Position numbers and translations under genes: made by a program. The notes under the pieces are model-generated. The model saw only the letters and a list, made by a program, of their open reading frames with translations. It ran no database searches and was not told the origin of the DNA. Shown piece after piece: positions 54,666-64,000 of a stretch of DNA of 64,000 nucleotides (its first letter is position 1; every line of letters begins with the position of its first letter). Source of the stretch: Antedon mediterranea (Eukaryota > Animalia > Echinodermata); assembly GCF_964355755.1 (NCBI RefSeq), contig NC_092676.1, forward strand, positions 13,782,871 through 13,846,870. The letters run 5' to 3'.

Positions 54666-56131
54666 GTACATTTAGTGCTTAGTAATATTTTTATTTAAAT
54701 TACATCCAAAGACCATGAAGTATGGTCTTGTGATATTTCTCACGACTCAATAAATCAATTAGCCTTTTCTATATCAGACCCTCATAGGTCATGAAGTTTT
54801 ATAATAAAAGTGTATATATAAAGTAATTATAATTGTGCAATATCAATAACTTTTAAAGTTTTCTGTAGTAAACATTAATGTGCAATATAAAATTTAAACA
54901 GTTAATTTACAGTACTATAAATGCATTTTTTTTATTGTTACAGCATGAAATTTTGCTATACTTAACTTCAATATAATTTATTTTTCAATATATTTTTCAA
55001 CAAATTGCATATACTGTAATACACATTGTAAATAAAAGTGTATAAATAAGTAATTAGTAAATATCAAATATTTAAAAAAATGCAATAACAACTTTTAAAT
55101 TGAACAATATTATACGGTATACAAAACTTACTGAGTAATCTTAATGGATTACTGTATTAAAATTAATAATATTTAAACGTTTTAAAATCATTTTTGTTTT
55201 ATTAAAACTTGTATTGCTTGTGTAACTTATCGAAAATATTCCTCAAGGGCAGGCGGATCGAGTTGAAAGCTTCTTGACGTAATATTGCCATAAAGACAAG
55301 TGTGGGCATTTGTCAACAGACAACAAACTACATAGATTTTCCCAATTGCACTCAGGCCTATTTTTTGTGTTTTTTTAAAGTCTACAAATTTCCAGTTTTC
55401 TACAATGTCTCTAAACAGCCATTCAACAGATACTCTAACCTGGCTCATAGATCTGTTGTAGTCAACTTGAGCCTGAGTTAAGTTTCCTTTAAAAGGAGCC
55501 TGTGTTAAGTTTCCTTTAAAAGGAGCCTGTAAATGAACACGAAGCGGGTATGCAGGGTCTCCATAGATACAAAGGGGATCTCCATTTCGACGTACAGCAT
55601 TGCGTTCTAACTTGTGTAGTAGGTTTGATTCCCTCAACATGAAGGCATCATGACGACATCCTTCGATGGGTCCAAACAGATTTGCTATAAGTCCATTTGG
55701 CGTGACGACTGATTGAAATTTTAATGAGTGAACACGCTTATGACCATTATAAACTATTCTTTGATTTTCTCCAGGCCTGCAAATCGGACGCACTGTCCCA
55801 TCAAAGAAACCCCAACAATTGTCAAGTGCAGCACCGGAACTGTGTATTGCAGCAGCAAAACGTTCCAAAAGATTGGCACCATATCAATGTACCTGCATGG
55901 ATATGCAAGTCTCTTAAGCAAAATGCACACTGTTTCAATGCCAGTAATTTTAAGTCCATTTACACATCTAATTTCATCCGCTATCCGTAGAGCTCTCTGC
56001 AGTCTGTAGATATCTTCTTTTTAAAATCTTTAAATAAAAATTAAAGCTGTGACTAACTTGATATTAAGGAAAGGCCTAGGCTATTATATAAATATGTATG
56101 TGTTAGTGAATAAAATATCAACAATAGTATG

Positions 56132-56338
56132 TGTTCTGTTTGGGAGGTTGCTGGGTTTGTTTACTTGAATCTTTACTTGCAAATAAGTACCACACACGAA
56201 TTGATTATAACAACATCATTTATTTATTAAACAATAACAAACTTTACTGTGACGATACAATCGCCATTTTCAACAACAACGAAAATCCAACAACAGAGGG
56301 CGCTATGACCCTTTTTGGAATATGGCACTGTCTTAACA
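56132..56338 (-). repeat. 3' LTR
   Basis: Identical to 62355-62561; preceded on the minus strand by GGGGGCGGC tract. Confidence 0.95.
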
Positions 56339-56648
56339 GCCGCCCCCGAATTTCTTAGGAAATTCGCCTTATCAATCAAGATATCAAGTCATGTACTTAT
56401 TTTTCTGTATTATTAATCAACAGATTACATTTCTTTTAACATTAAAATGATTTAAGTTGCATAAAATTACGCGCCTTTTAAGTCAAAACTAATAATCACG
56501 GGCTCGATTCTTCGACTTGATCGTCACATTTCATCAACTTCACGAGCTTTGCCACTGGTCGTCGATAAGCCTTTTTGTTGACACGAACATCCACCACTCT
56601 CACTCGGTTGTCACTGCTTGGATAGAGTGCCGAAACAACACCGACTGG

Positions 56649-59600
56649 CTACTGAGATCGGCTCAACTGGGGATCTACTATCATCACCACGTCTCCAACT
56701 TCTAAGTTTTCGACTTCCTTCTGCCACTTCTGGCGCCTTTGCAGAGTCGGTAGGTATGACCTGATGAACTGACGCCAAAACTGATCCGCTAGAACTTGAC
56801 TATGTCGCCAATTACGCCGTCCTTTCAGTTCTGACTCGTCGTACACCACCATAGGTAGGGCAGGATCCCGCCGCCCCATCAACAACATATTTGGCGTAAC
56901 TGGGTCGATATCAGCTATCTCGGAGGATGCGTAGCCAAGAGGTTTAGAGTTCATAATACCTTCCACTTCCGTCAGAACAGTACGTAGCACAACATCAGGT
57001 ACTACTCGGTCTCGTAGAACCCCTTTCAGCGCACATTTGATAGAGCGCACTTCCCGCTCCCACAATCCACCGAAATGAGGAGCACTTGGAGGGTTGAAGC
57101 AAAATCTCACTTTAAATTTTGCCAGACGACTGGTCAACTCTGGTTCCATTGCCTTCAGTGCAGTCTTGATCTCTTTCTCCGCTCCCTTGAAGTTTGTCCC
57201 ACAGTCACTACGGAGCTCATATGGTACTCCTCTGCGTGAGGCAAAACGCCTATACGCCATCAGAAAATGATCCACATCAAGAGACTCTAACAGTTCTACA
57301 TGAACGGCACGGGTCGTCATACACTTGAAGACAAGGCCCCAACGCTTCTCTTGTGACCGCCTAACTTTCACTGCAATTGGACCAAAGCAATCCATCCCGG
57401 TAGAATAGAAAGGAGGCTTATTCACCCTTAATCGGGATTCCGGCAAATCAGCCATTCTGGGTATCAGTGGTTTCTGCCGCCAACGTTTGCAGTCAGAGCA
57501 TTTTCTGAGTATACCTTTAACAGAGGTTCGTCCTCTCAATATCCAGAAGCGACGACGCAGATAGGCGAAAACTTGCTCGGTTCCGGCCTGGTGGCTGAAA
57601 TGATTATCAGCATCCTGGATAAGCAACTTGGTTACTGGATGTGATGATGGGAGGACAATTGGATGTGGTTCTACACTAGTTTTGTTATCCATTTTCCTTA
57701 AACGTCCACCAACTCTAATTAGATTTGTCGTTTCATCCAGCTCTGGAGAGAGCTCCAACAGACGACTACTCTTCGGTATTTCTTTCTGGGTTTTGAGCGT
57801 CGCAATCTCTTCTTTAAATGATTCTTGTTGGGCTCGTTGTAAGAGTTGATATTCGGCATCACATACTTGTTCTGCAGTTAATACAACTGAATCTTGTCCA
57901 TCAACTGCGTTGAGTTTCTCTCCCAGTGCTTGTACAAGTTCTGGCCAGGTCGGGAATTCTTCCAAATCTATATTCTGTACTGGAGTCGCCAAGGTTACAC
58001 CACAAAATAGGGACTTCTTTATTTCGTTGGTATCTACAGATGAATTTAATGATGAGACTCGAGTTCGTGCCAGCACTGAGGCACTATGACTCTGCCATGT
58101 ATCTTCTGCCTCTAGCAGCCATGAAGGTCCATCAGTCCATCTGGATCCTTTTCCGAGCTCTGTCACTGACAGACCTCGAGTAATGTCATCTGCAGGGTTT
58201 TCATCTGTTCGCACATAACGCCACACACTGTCGGATGTCAACGTCTGGATTTCAGCTATCCGAGTCCCCACAAACACCTTGAAACGACAGGAATCTGATT
58301 GTATCCATGTAAGAACTGTTGTTGAATCACTCCACATATTAATATGTTCCACATCCAGGGTGAGTGCATTGGTGATAGTCTGAGCTAGTTGTGCACCAAG
58401 AAGAGCCCCAAGTAATTCCAGGCGTGGTATAGAAGTGAGGCGTTTTGGTGCTACTCTGCATTTGGCCAACACGAAACTCATGTGAACACTACCGTCACTA
58501 TCCATTGAGCGTAAGTAGGCAACGGCACCATAAAGCTTCTCTGAGGCATCACAAAACACATGTAATGTCATTTTTACAATTGTGCTGCTCATGTTAGATG
58601 GTGTATAGCACCGCTGTATTCTTATTGATGGAACTTTCTCCAATTCATCACACCATTCTTCCCACCTTTGTCGAATGTCAGGATCTTTTACTTCTTCATC
58701 CCAATCAAGCTTTGTTGACCAGAGTTCTTGAACAATCGTTTTGGCTCTGGATGTGAAAGGTGCTATATCTCCGAGTGGTTCAAACTGACTGGCAAGCACT
58801 CTGAGAGCATTGCGTTTGGTAAGTTTTCGGTTATCTGGAGATTTGGCTGGGTGGTATAACTCATCACTGTGGCAATCCCAATAAAGTCCTAAAGCTGGCT
58901 CTGGTTCCCCATTAATTTGACTGAGGGAAAGTGACTGCAATTGATGACCGGACTGTACGTCAGTGGGTAAGTGTTCAACTACATCTCGATGGCTGCTGGC
59001 ATATTTTACCATTTGGAACCCAGCTTCATTTAGACACTCACGTGTCTTATCTACAAGTTCCTTGGCTTCTGATATAGTGTTACGACTGGCTAGTTGATTA
59101 TCCACATATGTCTCATTTTCGATGGTATCCTTGACAATTGGGTAGCGATCTTTTCTATCATTTGCCACCTTTTGTAAGGCAAATGTTGCACAACAAGGGC
59201 TACAAGCAGCTCCAAATGGGAGTACCAGCCACTCCATTACAAGCCAAGTATCCATCTCGTCATCCCACCAGAGGAATCGCAACATACGTCGGTCTTCTGG
59301 GGCCAGTCTCACTTGATGGAACATTGCGGTGATATCGCCGGATACTCCAACGCGTCCTTGTCGGAAACGTAGCAGCACGTCCAATAGTGCTGGACTTAGA
59401 GTCGGTCCAGCGAGTAACTCATCGTTCAGATTCTGACCATCATATTCAAACGAACAGTTGAAGACAAGTCTGTACTTCCCACTACTGTGTACCACGTGAC
59501 AGGGGATGTACCATCCTAATTGCTGCTCCGGAGACAATGTGTCAACAGGCCCTATAACTCGTATGGAGCCGTTCGTCTTCAGCTTGTTAATATATGATCG

Positions 59601-62276
59601 ACAGAAGTCTACCAACTCTGGTTTGCGGGATATTTTTCTCTGGGTAGAAAGAGCTAGGCTCTGAACACATCTCGGTGTACTAGACGGGGGTCTGTACCCA
59701 GGTTTCCACAGGAGTGGCGTCTGGAGTCTTTGTACACCTTGGACCTCGACCTGCTTGGTACCATTTTCCAATGTCTGAATAGCAAACTTGTCATTCTTTG
59801 ACCGCACTGATTCCTTTGGATTTACATGGTGCAACACATCTACTGCCATAAATCTTTCCATTAATTGGTGCAGCTTATGTTCTGGTTGAGTGCTAGTGTA
59901 CATCATCTGAGGATGTCCTAGTAGCTTTCCTTGTTTCTGGAGACCCTGCTTTCCCTGTACAGTCCAACCAAATAGTGTCTTGACCGCAACTGGTGAACCC
60001 GTTTTGGGTCCTCTTCTAGTTTCCAACGACAGAGTACATTCAATGTTATCGGCACCAATCAATATCGTCGGCTGCACCTTTTCGGCAGTAAATAATGGTA
60101 GTCCTCTAAGGTGTGGCCATTTTGACTGCAACCTCTCCGCAGAAACTGTATAATCCCCAAGTTGGACTTTAGTGGCGGCAAAGGCACACTTGATATTGAA
60201 TGTCTGGTCTGGTTCTTCTCTGGGCGAGAGGGTGAAGTCCACACATTTTCCTTTCCAGTCAGTGTCACCTGTTACCGTTTTAACTTTGATTGACTCTTCC
60301 TCACCATTAATGCCCAGTTCATTTATCAATCTTTCTGATACCATCGTGCGTTCTGCACACTCATCAAGAACACCGTATGTGTTTACTAAACCTTTGGCAC
60401 CATAGATGGTTAGGGGTACAACTTTGATTAGTACATCGTGGTAGTCAAGTTTAGCAGTTAAACCCATTCCAGTACATAGTTGAGTTGGATTAGGTACTGG
60501 TTCAACTGGAGCTGGGGCTGGTGCTGGTGCAATCACTTTGTGGAGACTACTTCTGTGGTCCTTTGTACATTCCTTGCACCTTTTTGGAAATGGGCAAACA
60601 CCATCATGCTTCTTAGCACACTTTTTGCACCGGTTGGTGGTCTCCAACCATTTAATTTTGTCTGCATAGCTAATCTTGGAGAAGTTACCACATGTTTCTA
60701 GGTAATGTCCGCTTTCATCAACATCACAATACAGGCATGTAACACGCTTCTTAGCCTTTGAACTACTTTGAGTAATATAAGCCTTCGTGGCAGGCGGTTG
60801 TTCACGTTTCTTCTGCTGTTTAGCGGTTGCATATGGTTTTTGGTCTCCTGTACCATGACTCATTTTTTCTAGCAGTATTAGACCAGCTGGTCCTGTTTTC
60901 TCCTCTAACCATGTTGAAAGGTTTTGAACAGTATAGATCATTCCCTTTTCCTGTTTCCACATCTTGAATAGAAACTCATCGTGGAGCCTGTCTGGTAGTT
61001 TCTTTGTCAGGTCTGCCGCATACCGATGGTGATTCAGCTCATTCCCATGGTTTAATTTGTTGGCAGTCTGGACCACAGTTACCAGTTCATCCGAAAAATC
61101 TCTGAGACCAGCCCAGTCCCCTTGATGTATTGTAGGGCGTACCTGGAGCTGGTCCAATAACCCTTGAACGATTCTACTGGGATCACCAAAGGCCTTCTCC
61201 AACTGTTTCATGGTTTCCTTGTAAGCGTCATCTCCTAGCATGAGGTTACGGTCAGCCATTGCTAATGGTCGTCCGCCAAGGTGACTACGTAAATATGCAA
61301 ACTTAGTTGCTTCGGGTAGCTGTAATTTCGCCTGACTCATCACACTATCCCATACTGATTTAAATGTCACATACTGCTTAACATCGTGTTCATCACAGAA
61401 TTTTGGTATATTCAGTTTTGGTAAACCATCCCAAACTCTACTAATACCAAACACTGGGTTAATACTCTGGGTCGTTGGTTGGTATGTCGGTTGGTATGCC
61501 GGTACTCCGGGAGATGGATTGAATGACGATGCAGTAGAATTTAGTACCGGTATGTCAGTACAAAGTCCAGCATTCCGTACGTTACTTGTCGTAACGGTAT
61601 GCATCTGATGTTGTGTAATATTTTGCACATCATTCATAGGCACTGGCATATGCGGTATTGTACTTTGTGCATTACTAGTGAACCTGGACATCCAGGGTCT
61701 TGTACTCATTACATCAGTAACCATGGTAAACGTAGGTTTAGTGTTCGCCACCCCGTGTGGTGAGATGGTTTGTATGGGTGTGTACTGATTCATCATACTG
61801 TTTACCGCATAAGTTTGTTGAGTACACACTTTCGGTCTGGCTGCATTCTGTATTTCTGTCCGATTAATAATACTAGCACTGCTAGTAGTAGCAACAACGC
61901 TTTCACTGACCGGTACCGTAACAGTCCTTGTAACGGGTTCTGGACTGCTTTCTGTAAGGTTGATGTCAGTCATTGTTGTGTCTGCCAGGAATTTCTTCAC
62001 ATGATCTTCGGACGTTTCGTTGGGAGATGTGGTTAACAATTCATTTAGGTCTTCATTTAGAACGGCGGTGAGTGTGTCCGCTTGTGCTCGTAGGGCCTGT
62101 GCCTTGCTCCTCGCCTTTAGTATATGTAACTCGGCTTCTTTAGATGCAATTTCCACTGCAGCCATGGCTTCTGTCTCGGCAGCAGCGGCATCTGCTAACA
62201 CCGAGGCTCTATGGTTCGATGACCTCGACGATAGCTTTGATGATCGGCGACTGGAGCACGTGGATCGGTTAGACAT
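56649..62276 (-). CDS. BEL/Pao Gag-Pol (Gag zinc knuckles, protease, RT, RNase H, integrase)
   Basis: LDECA protease, YRLVFN, GDITAMF, LPFG, YVDN, FCDAS, IPRLEL, WSDS, NPAD, GMDCFGP, SDCGTNF, GGLWE. Confidence 0.95.
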   Translation of the reverse strand: MSNRSTCSSRRSSKLSSRSSNHRASVLADAAAAETEAMAAVEIASKEAELHILKARSKAQALRAQADTLTAVLNEDLNELLTTSPNETSEDHVKKFLADTTMTDINLTESSPEPVTRTVTVPVSESVVATTSSASIINRTEIQNAARPKVCTQQTYAVNSMMNQYTPIQTISPHGVANTKPTFTMVTDVMSTRPWMSRFTSNAQSTIPHMPVPMNDVQNITQHQMHTVTTSNVRNAGLCTDIPVLNSTASSFNPSPGVPAYQPTYQPTTQSINPVFGISRVWDGLPKLNIPKFCDEHDVKQYVTFKSVWDSVMSQAKLQLPEATKFAYLRSHLGGRPLAMADRNLMLGDDAYKETMKQLEKAFGDPSRIVQGLLDQLQVRPTIHQGDWAGLRDFSDELVTVVQTANKLNHGNELNHHRYAADLTKKLPDRLHDEFLFKMWKQEKGMIYTVQNLSTWLEEKTGPAGLILLEKMSHGTGDQKPYATAKQQKKREQPPATKAYITQSSSKAKKRVTCLYCDVDESGHYLETCGNFSKISYADKIKWLETTNRCKKCAKKHDGVCPFPKRCKECTKDHRSSLHKVIAPAPAPAPVEPVPNPTQLCTGMGLTAKLDYHDVLIKVVPLTIYGAKGLVNTYGVLDECAERTMVSERLINELGINGEEESIKVKTVTGDTDWKGKCVDFTLSPREEPDQTFNIKCAFAATKVQLGDYTVSAERLQSKWPHLRGLPLFTAEKVQPTILIGADNIECTLSLETRRGPKTGSPVAVKTLFGWTVQGKQGLQKQGKLLGHPQMMYTSTQPEHKLHQLMERFMAVDVLHHVNPKESVRSKNDKFAIQTLENGTKQVEVQGVQRLQTPLLWKPGYRPPSSTPRCVQSLALSTQRKISRKPELVDFCRSYINKLKTNGSIRVIGPVDTLSPEQQLGWYIPCHVVHSSGKYRLVFNCSFEYDGQNLNDELLAGPTLSPALLDVLLRFRQGRVGVSGDITAMFHQVRLAPEDRRMLRFLWWDDEMDTWLVMEWLVLPFGAACSPCCATFALQKVANDRKDRYPIVKDTIENETYVDNQLASRNTISEAKELVDKTRECLNEAGFQMVKYASSHRDVVEHLPTDVQSGHQLQSLSLSQINGEPEPALGLYWDCHSDELYHPAKSPDNRKLTKRNALRVLASQFEPLGDIAPFTSRAKTIVQELWSTKLDWDEEVKDPDIRQRWEEWCDELEKVPSIRIQRCYTPSNMSSTIVKMTLHVFCDASEKLYGAVAYLRSMDSDGSVHMSFVLAKCRVAPKRLTSIPRLELLGALLGAQLAQTITNALTLDVEHINMWSDSTTVLTWIQSDSCRFKVFVGTRIAEIQTLTSDSVWRYVRTDENPADDITRGLSVTELGKGSRWTDGPSWLLEAEDTWQSHSASVLARTRVSSLNSSVDTNEIKKSLFCGVTLATPVQNIDLEEFPTWPELVQALGEKLNAVDGQDSVVLTAEQVCDAEYQLLQRAQQESFKEEIATLKTQKEIPKSSRLLELSPELDETTNLIRVGGRLRKMDNKTSVEPHPIVLPSSHPVTKLLIQDADNHFSHQAGTEQVFAYLRRRFWILRGRTSVKGILRKCSDCKRWRQKPLIPRMADLPESRLRVNKPPFYSTGMDCFGPIAVKVRRSQEKRWGLVFKCMTTRAVHVELLESLDVDHFLMAYRRFASRRGVPYELRSDCGTNFKGAEKEIKTALKAMEPELTSRLAKFKVRFCFNPPSAPHFGGLWEREVRSIKCALKGVLRDRVVPDVVLRTVLTEVEGIMNSKPLGYASSEIADIDPVTPNMLLMGRRDPALPMVVYDESELKGRRNWRHSQVLADQFWRQFIRSYLPTLQRRQKWQKEVENLEVGDVVMIVDPQLSRSQ

Positions 62277-62335
62277 ACTTGTTTAGGCTAGGCTAGGCTA
62301 TATCAGTAAAATGTGATAACTTACTTCTCAAGTAA

Positions 62336-62352
62336 TCCGGCTCGAGGGACCA
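62336..62352 (-). other. Primer binding site, tRNA-Tyr-like
   Basis: TGGTCCCTCGAGCCGGA 2 nt after the 5' LTR; one mismatch to the eukaryotic tRNA-Tyr 3' complement as I recall it. Confidence 0.8.
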
Positions 62353-62354
62353 AA

Positions 62355-62561
62355 TGTTCTGTTTGGGAGGTTGCTGGGTTTGTTTACTTGAATCTTTACT
62401 TGCAAATAAGTACCACACACGAATTGATTATAACAACATCATTTATTTATTAAACAATAACAAACTTTACTGTGACGATACAATCGCCATTTTCAACAAC
62501 AACGAAAATCCAACAACAGAGGGCGCTATGACCCTTTTTGGAATATGGCACTGTCTTAACA
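62355..62561 (-). repeat. 5' LTR
   Basis: 207 bp, TG...CA. Confidence 0.95.
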
Positions 62562-63459
62562 GTATGACCAACAATCAACTTGGTAACATTAATTCAGACA
62601 CTAATTTATCTCTAGACAAGTTTAATAAGTCTAGTTCGCTAGTATAAATAATAAAAGCCTACTTTCTGGCCTAGGCCTACAAATAAATAATTAATTTAAT
62701 TTTAAATGTAACAATTATCAAATTACACTACTTTTATTAGTAATGAACCTATTGATGTAAATTCAATTGAATTTAGACCTACTATCAGCTATTTGCTTTC
62801 ATAAAATATAGGCTTTACTAGATTCTTACCGTAGGCCCTATGATTGGTTGGTGGTGACTTACCTGAAAAACGCGTTGCATTCGTCGTCATTGTACGATTA
62901 TTGTAATCTTTGTACTGTACATTTATATTATTGCTTTTATTAAAATCATACAAAAGTAAATACTCCTCGGGGTCAATTATATCATCGTAAAGTGCGATAT
63001 TTAATGCATCTTGTACGGAAGCCATGGCTGTTTGTTTATATCATATCAAAACTATCGTGACGCGACGTCGTCGCGAATCGCGTATCGTAATCGAACTTTT
63101 TAAAGTGGACGACAACCAGCATTTCACACATCAGCGCGCACTGGTAATCCGTCGTCGTCCCTCTCCGTCGTGTTTCGTAAACTCTCTATTATGATGACGT
63201 CATCATGTTAAAATTTGCAATAAAAGACGGGTTCCGTCATTTCCACCTATTCTGCACTGTATGTAGTATGTATATAGTATAGTATAGTGTATAAGACACA
63301 AAATAGAGGGCACACTAAGATTTTATTTTCTTCAGGTCACCAATGGCATAATCGTTCTTCTGTGCGCAATATGCTAAGTATGACAGGCATGTGGTGTTTG
63401 CGCGGCGGATAACCTAACTCGTCTACAGTGACGAGTTCAAATCTAGTTAATTGTTCGTT

Positions 63460-63625
63460 TTATGAAATCTATTTAGTAAAAAAAATCCTTTAGTTGAACA
63501 TGCATGCCCTGTGTGGCACAGTTCAATTACGAAAGACCAAACTAAGTAAATAGAAAGAGTTCAAAAAGGAGCTCTACAAATCATTTATGCCATGAACTAT
63601 GTATCCTACGAGTCTGCTCTTATAT
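63460..63625 (+). pseudogene. Small CR1/L2 LINE 3' fragment
   Basis: PVWHSSITKDQTK*IERVQKGALQII...SYESAL resembles the post-RT region. Confidence 0.55.
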
Positions 63626-64000
63626 TATATTGTCAGACCTTCCATCTCTATGGTAGCACTGTCCTGAATGGCGACACATGTACACTGTTGTTGCTCTTAG
63701 ACTTATTGTAGTCTAAATCAGCGATTGTGGTTGAAGTTTTTGCTGTTTTTTGGTTACGGTGTTATACAGTAGATGAGTGGAAATAGATGAAAAATAGGCG
63801 TTGAGTCAAACAAATTGCAACAGTTTTGTTTTTTTTGCTGAAACATACGCAACTATTATGTAAATATTATCATATCCAAAATCTACCCTGATCTGCCCAT
63901 TATTAATTACCTAATTTGCATAAATTAAAAATGGCTGCGATTTGAAACTTTTGACCCTAATTATCTCGTAAACCATCAAGTATTTTATATAAGAATGTAT

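Larger units (their letters stand above)
56132..62561 (-). mobile_element. Full-length BEL/Pao LTR retrotransposon
   Basis: Two 207-bp TG...CA LTRs identical by eye, GTATG TSD, PBS, G-rich PPT, single gag-pol ORF. Confidence 0.97.
55227..63025 (-). pseudogene. Harbinger-type DDE transposase (DDE_Tnp_4-like), exons 63025-62863 and 56027-55227
   Basis: DDECNAFFR|F*KEDIYRL...LLKRLAYPCRY, FFDGT, YNGHKRVH, GDPAY, VSVEWLF; CAG|GTAAGT donor. Lesions: stop at 56021-23, frameshift in exon 1, deletion near 55869, 27-bp duplication. Confidence 0.88.
50616..63187. mobile_element. Pangu/Harbinger2-like PHIS DNA transposon
   Basis: 23-bp TIR AGAGAGTTTACGAAACACGACGG, ATT TSD (single ATT at the equivalent site ~690 in copy A), convergent Myb/SANT-like and DDE transposase genes. 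Confidence 0.88.
49525..63446 (+). mobile_element. Helitron-like repeat copy C, split by the Pangu element
   Basis: 49930-50615 and 63188-63446 are collinear with 1-961; ends in hairpin AACTCGTC...GACGAGTT then CTAG|T. 5' boundary approximate. Confidence 0.65.

Noticed and set aside
55227-55868. Domesticated HARBI1 gene
   Set aside because: Lies within TIRs with a TSD and has a stop, a frameshift and a deletion upstream.
56131-56358. Duplicated small ORF MFCLGGCW (also at 62354)
   Set aside because: Incidental antisense frame within the identical LTRs.

Overview
AT-rich animal genomic DNA made almost entirely of nested transposable elements; no intact host gene is evident. A marine invertebrate origin is an inference from repeat style only. 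Main components: (1) a ~15 kb decayed Helentron/Helitron2 (~27975-43060) encoding an N-terminal USP/peptidase-C19-like deubiquitinase, a 23-aa charged repeat, HUH Rep, Pif1 helicase and AP endonuclease. It is disrupted by a Tx1/L1 fragment (49-bp target duplication) and a TTAA-flanked TIR element; its non-autonomous HINE partner lies at 964-1741. (2) A 12.6 kb Pangu/Harbinger2-like element (50616-63187, ATT TSD) with convergent Myb/SANT and DDE transposase genes. It sits inside a Helitron-like repeat and hosts a very young BEL/Pao LTR retrotransposon and a 5-bp-TSD MITE that splits a splice donor. (3) A CR1-type LINE, many MITEs, a HINE carrying a tRNA-Val(AAC) copy, tandem arrays, and remnants of a decayed multi-exon minus-strand gene (~5.2-16 kb). 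All coordinates were read by eye and may be off by a few bases. Family names come from motif recognition, not database searches.
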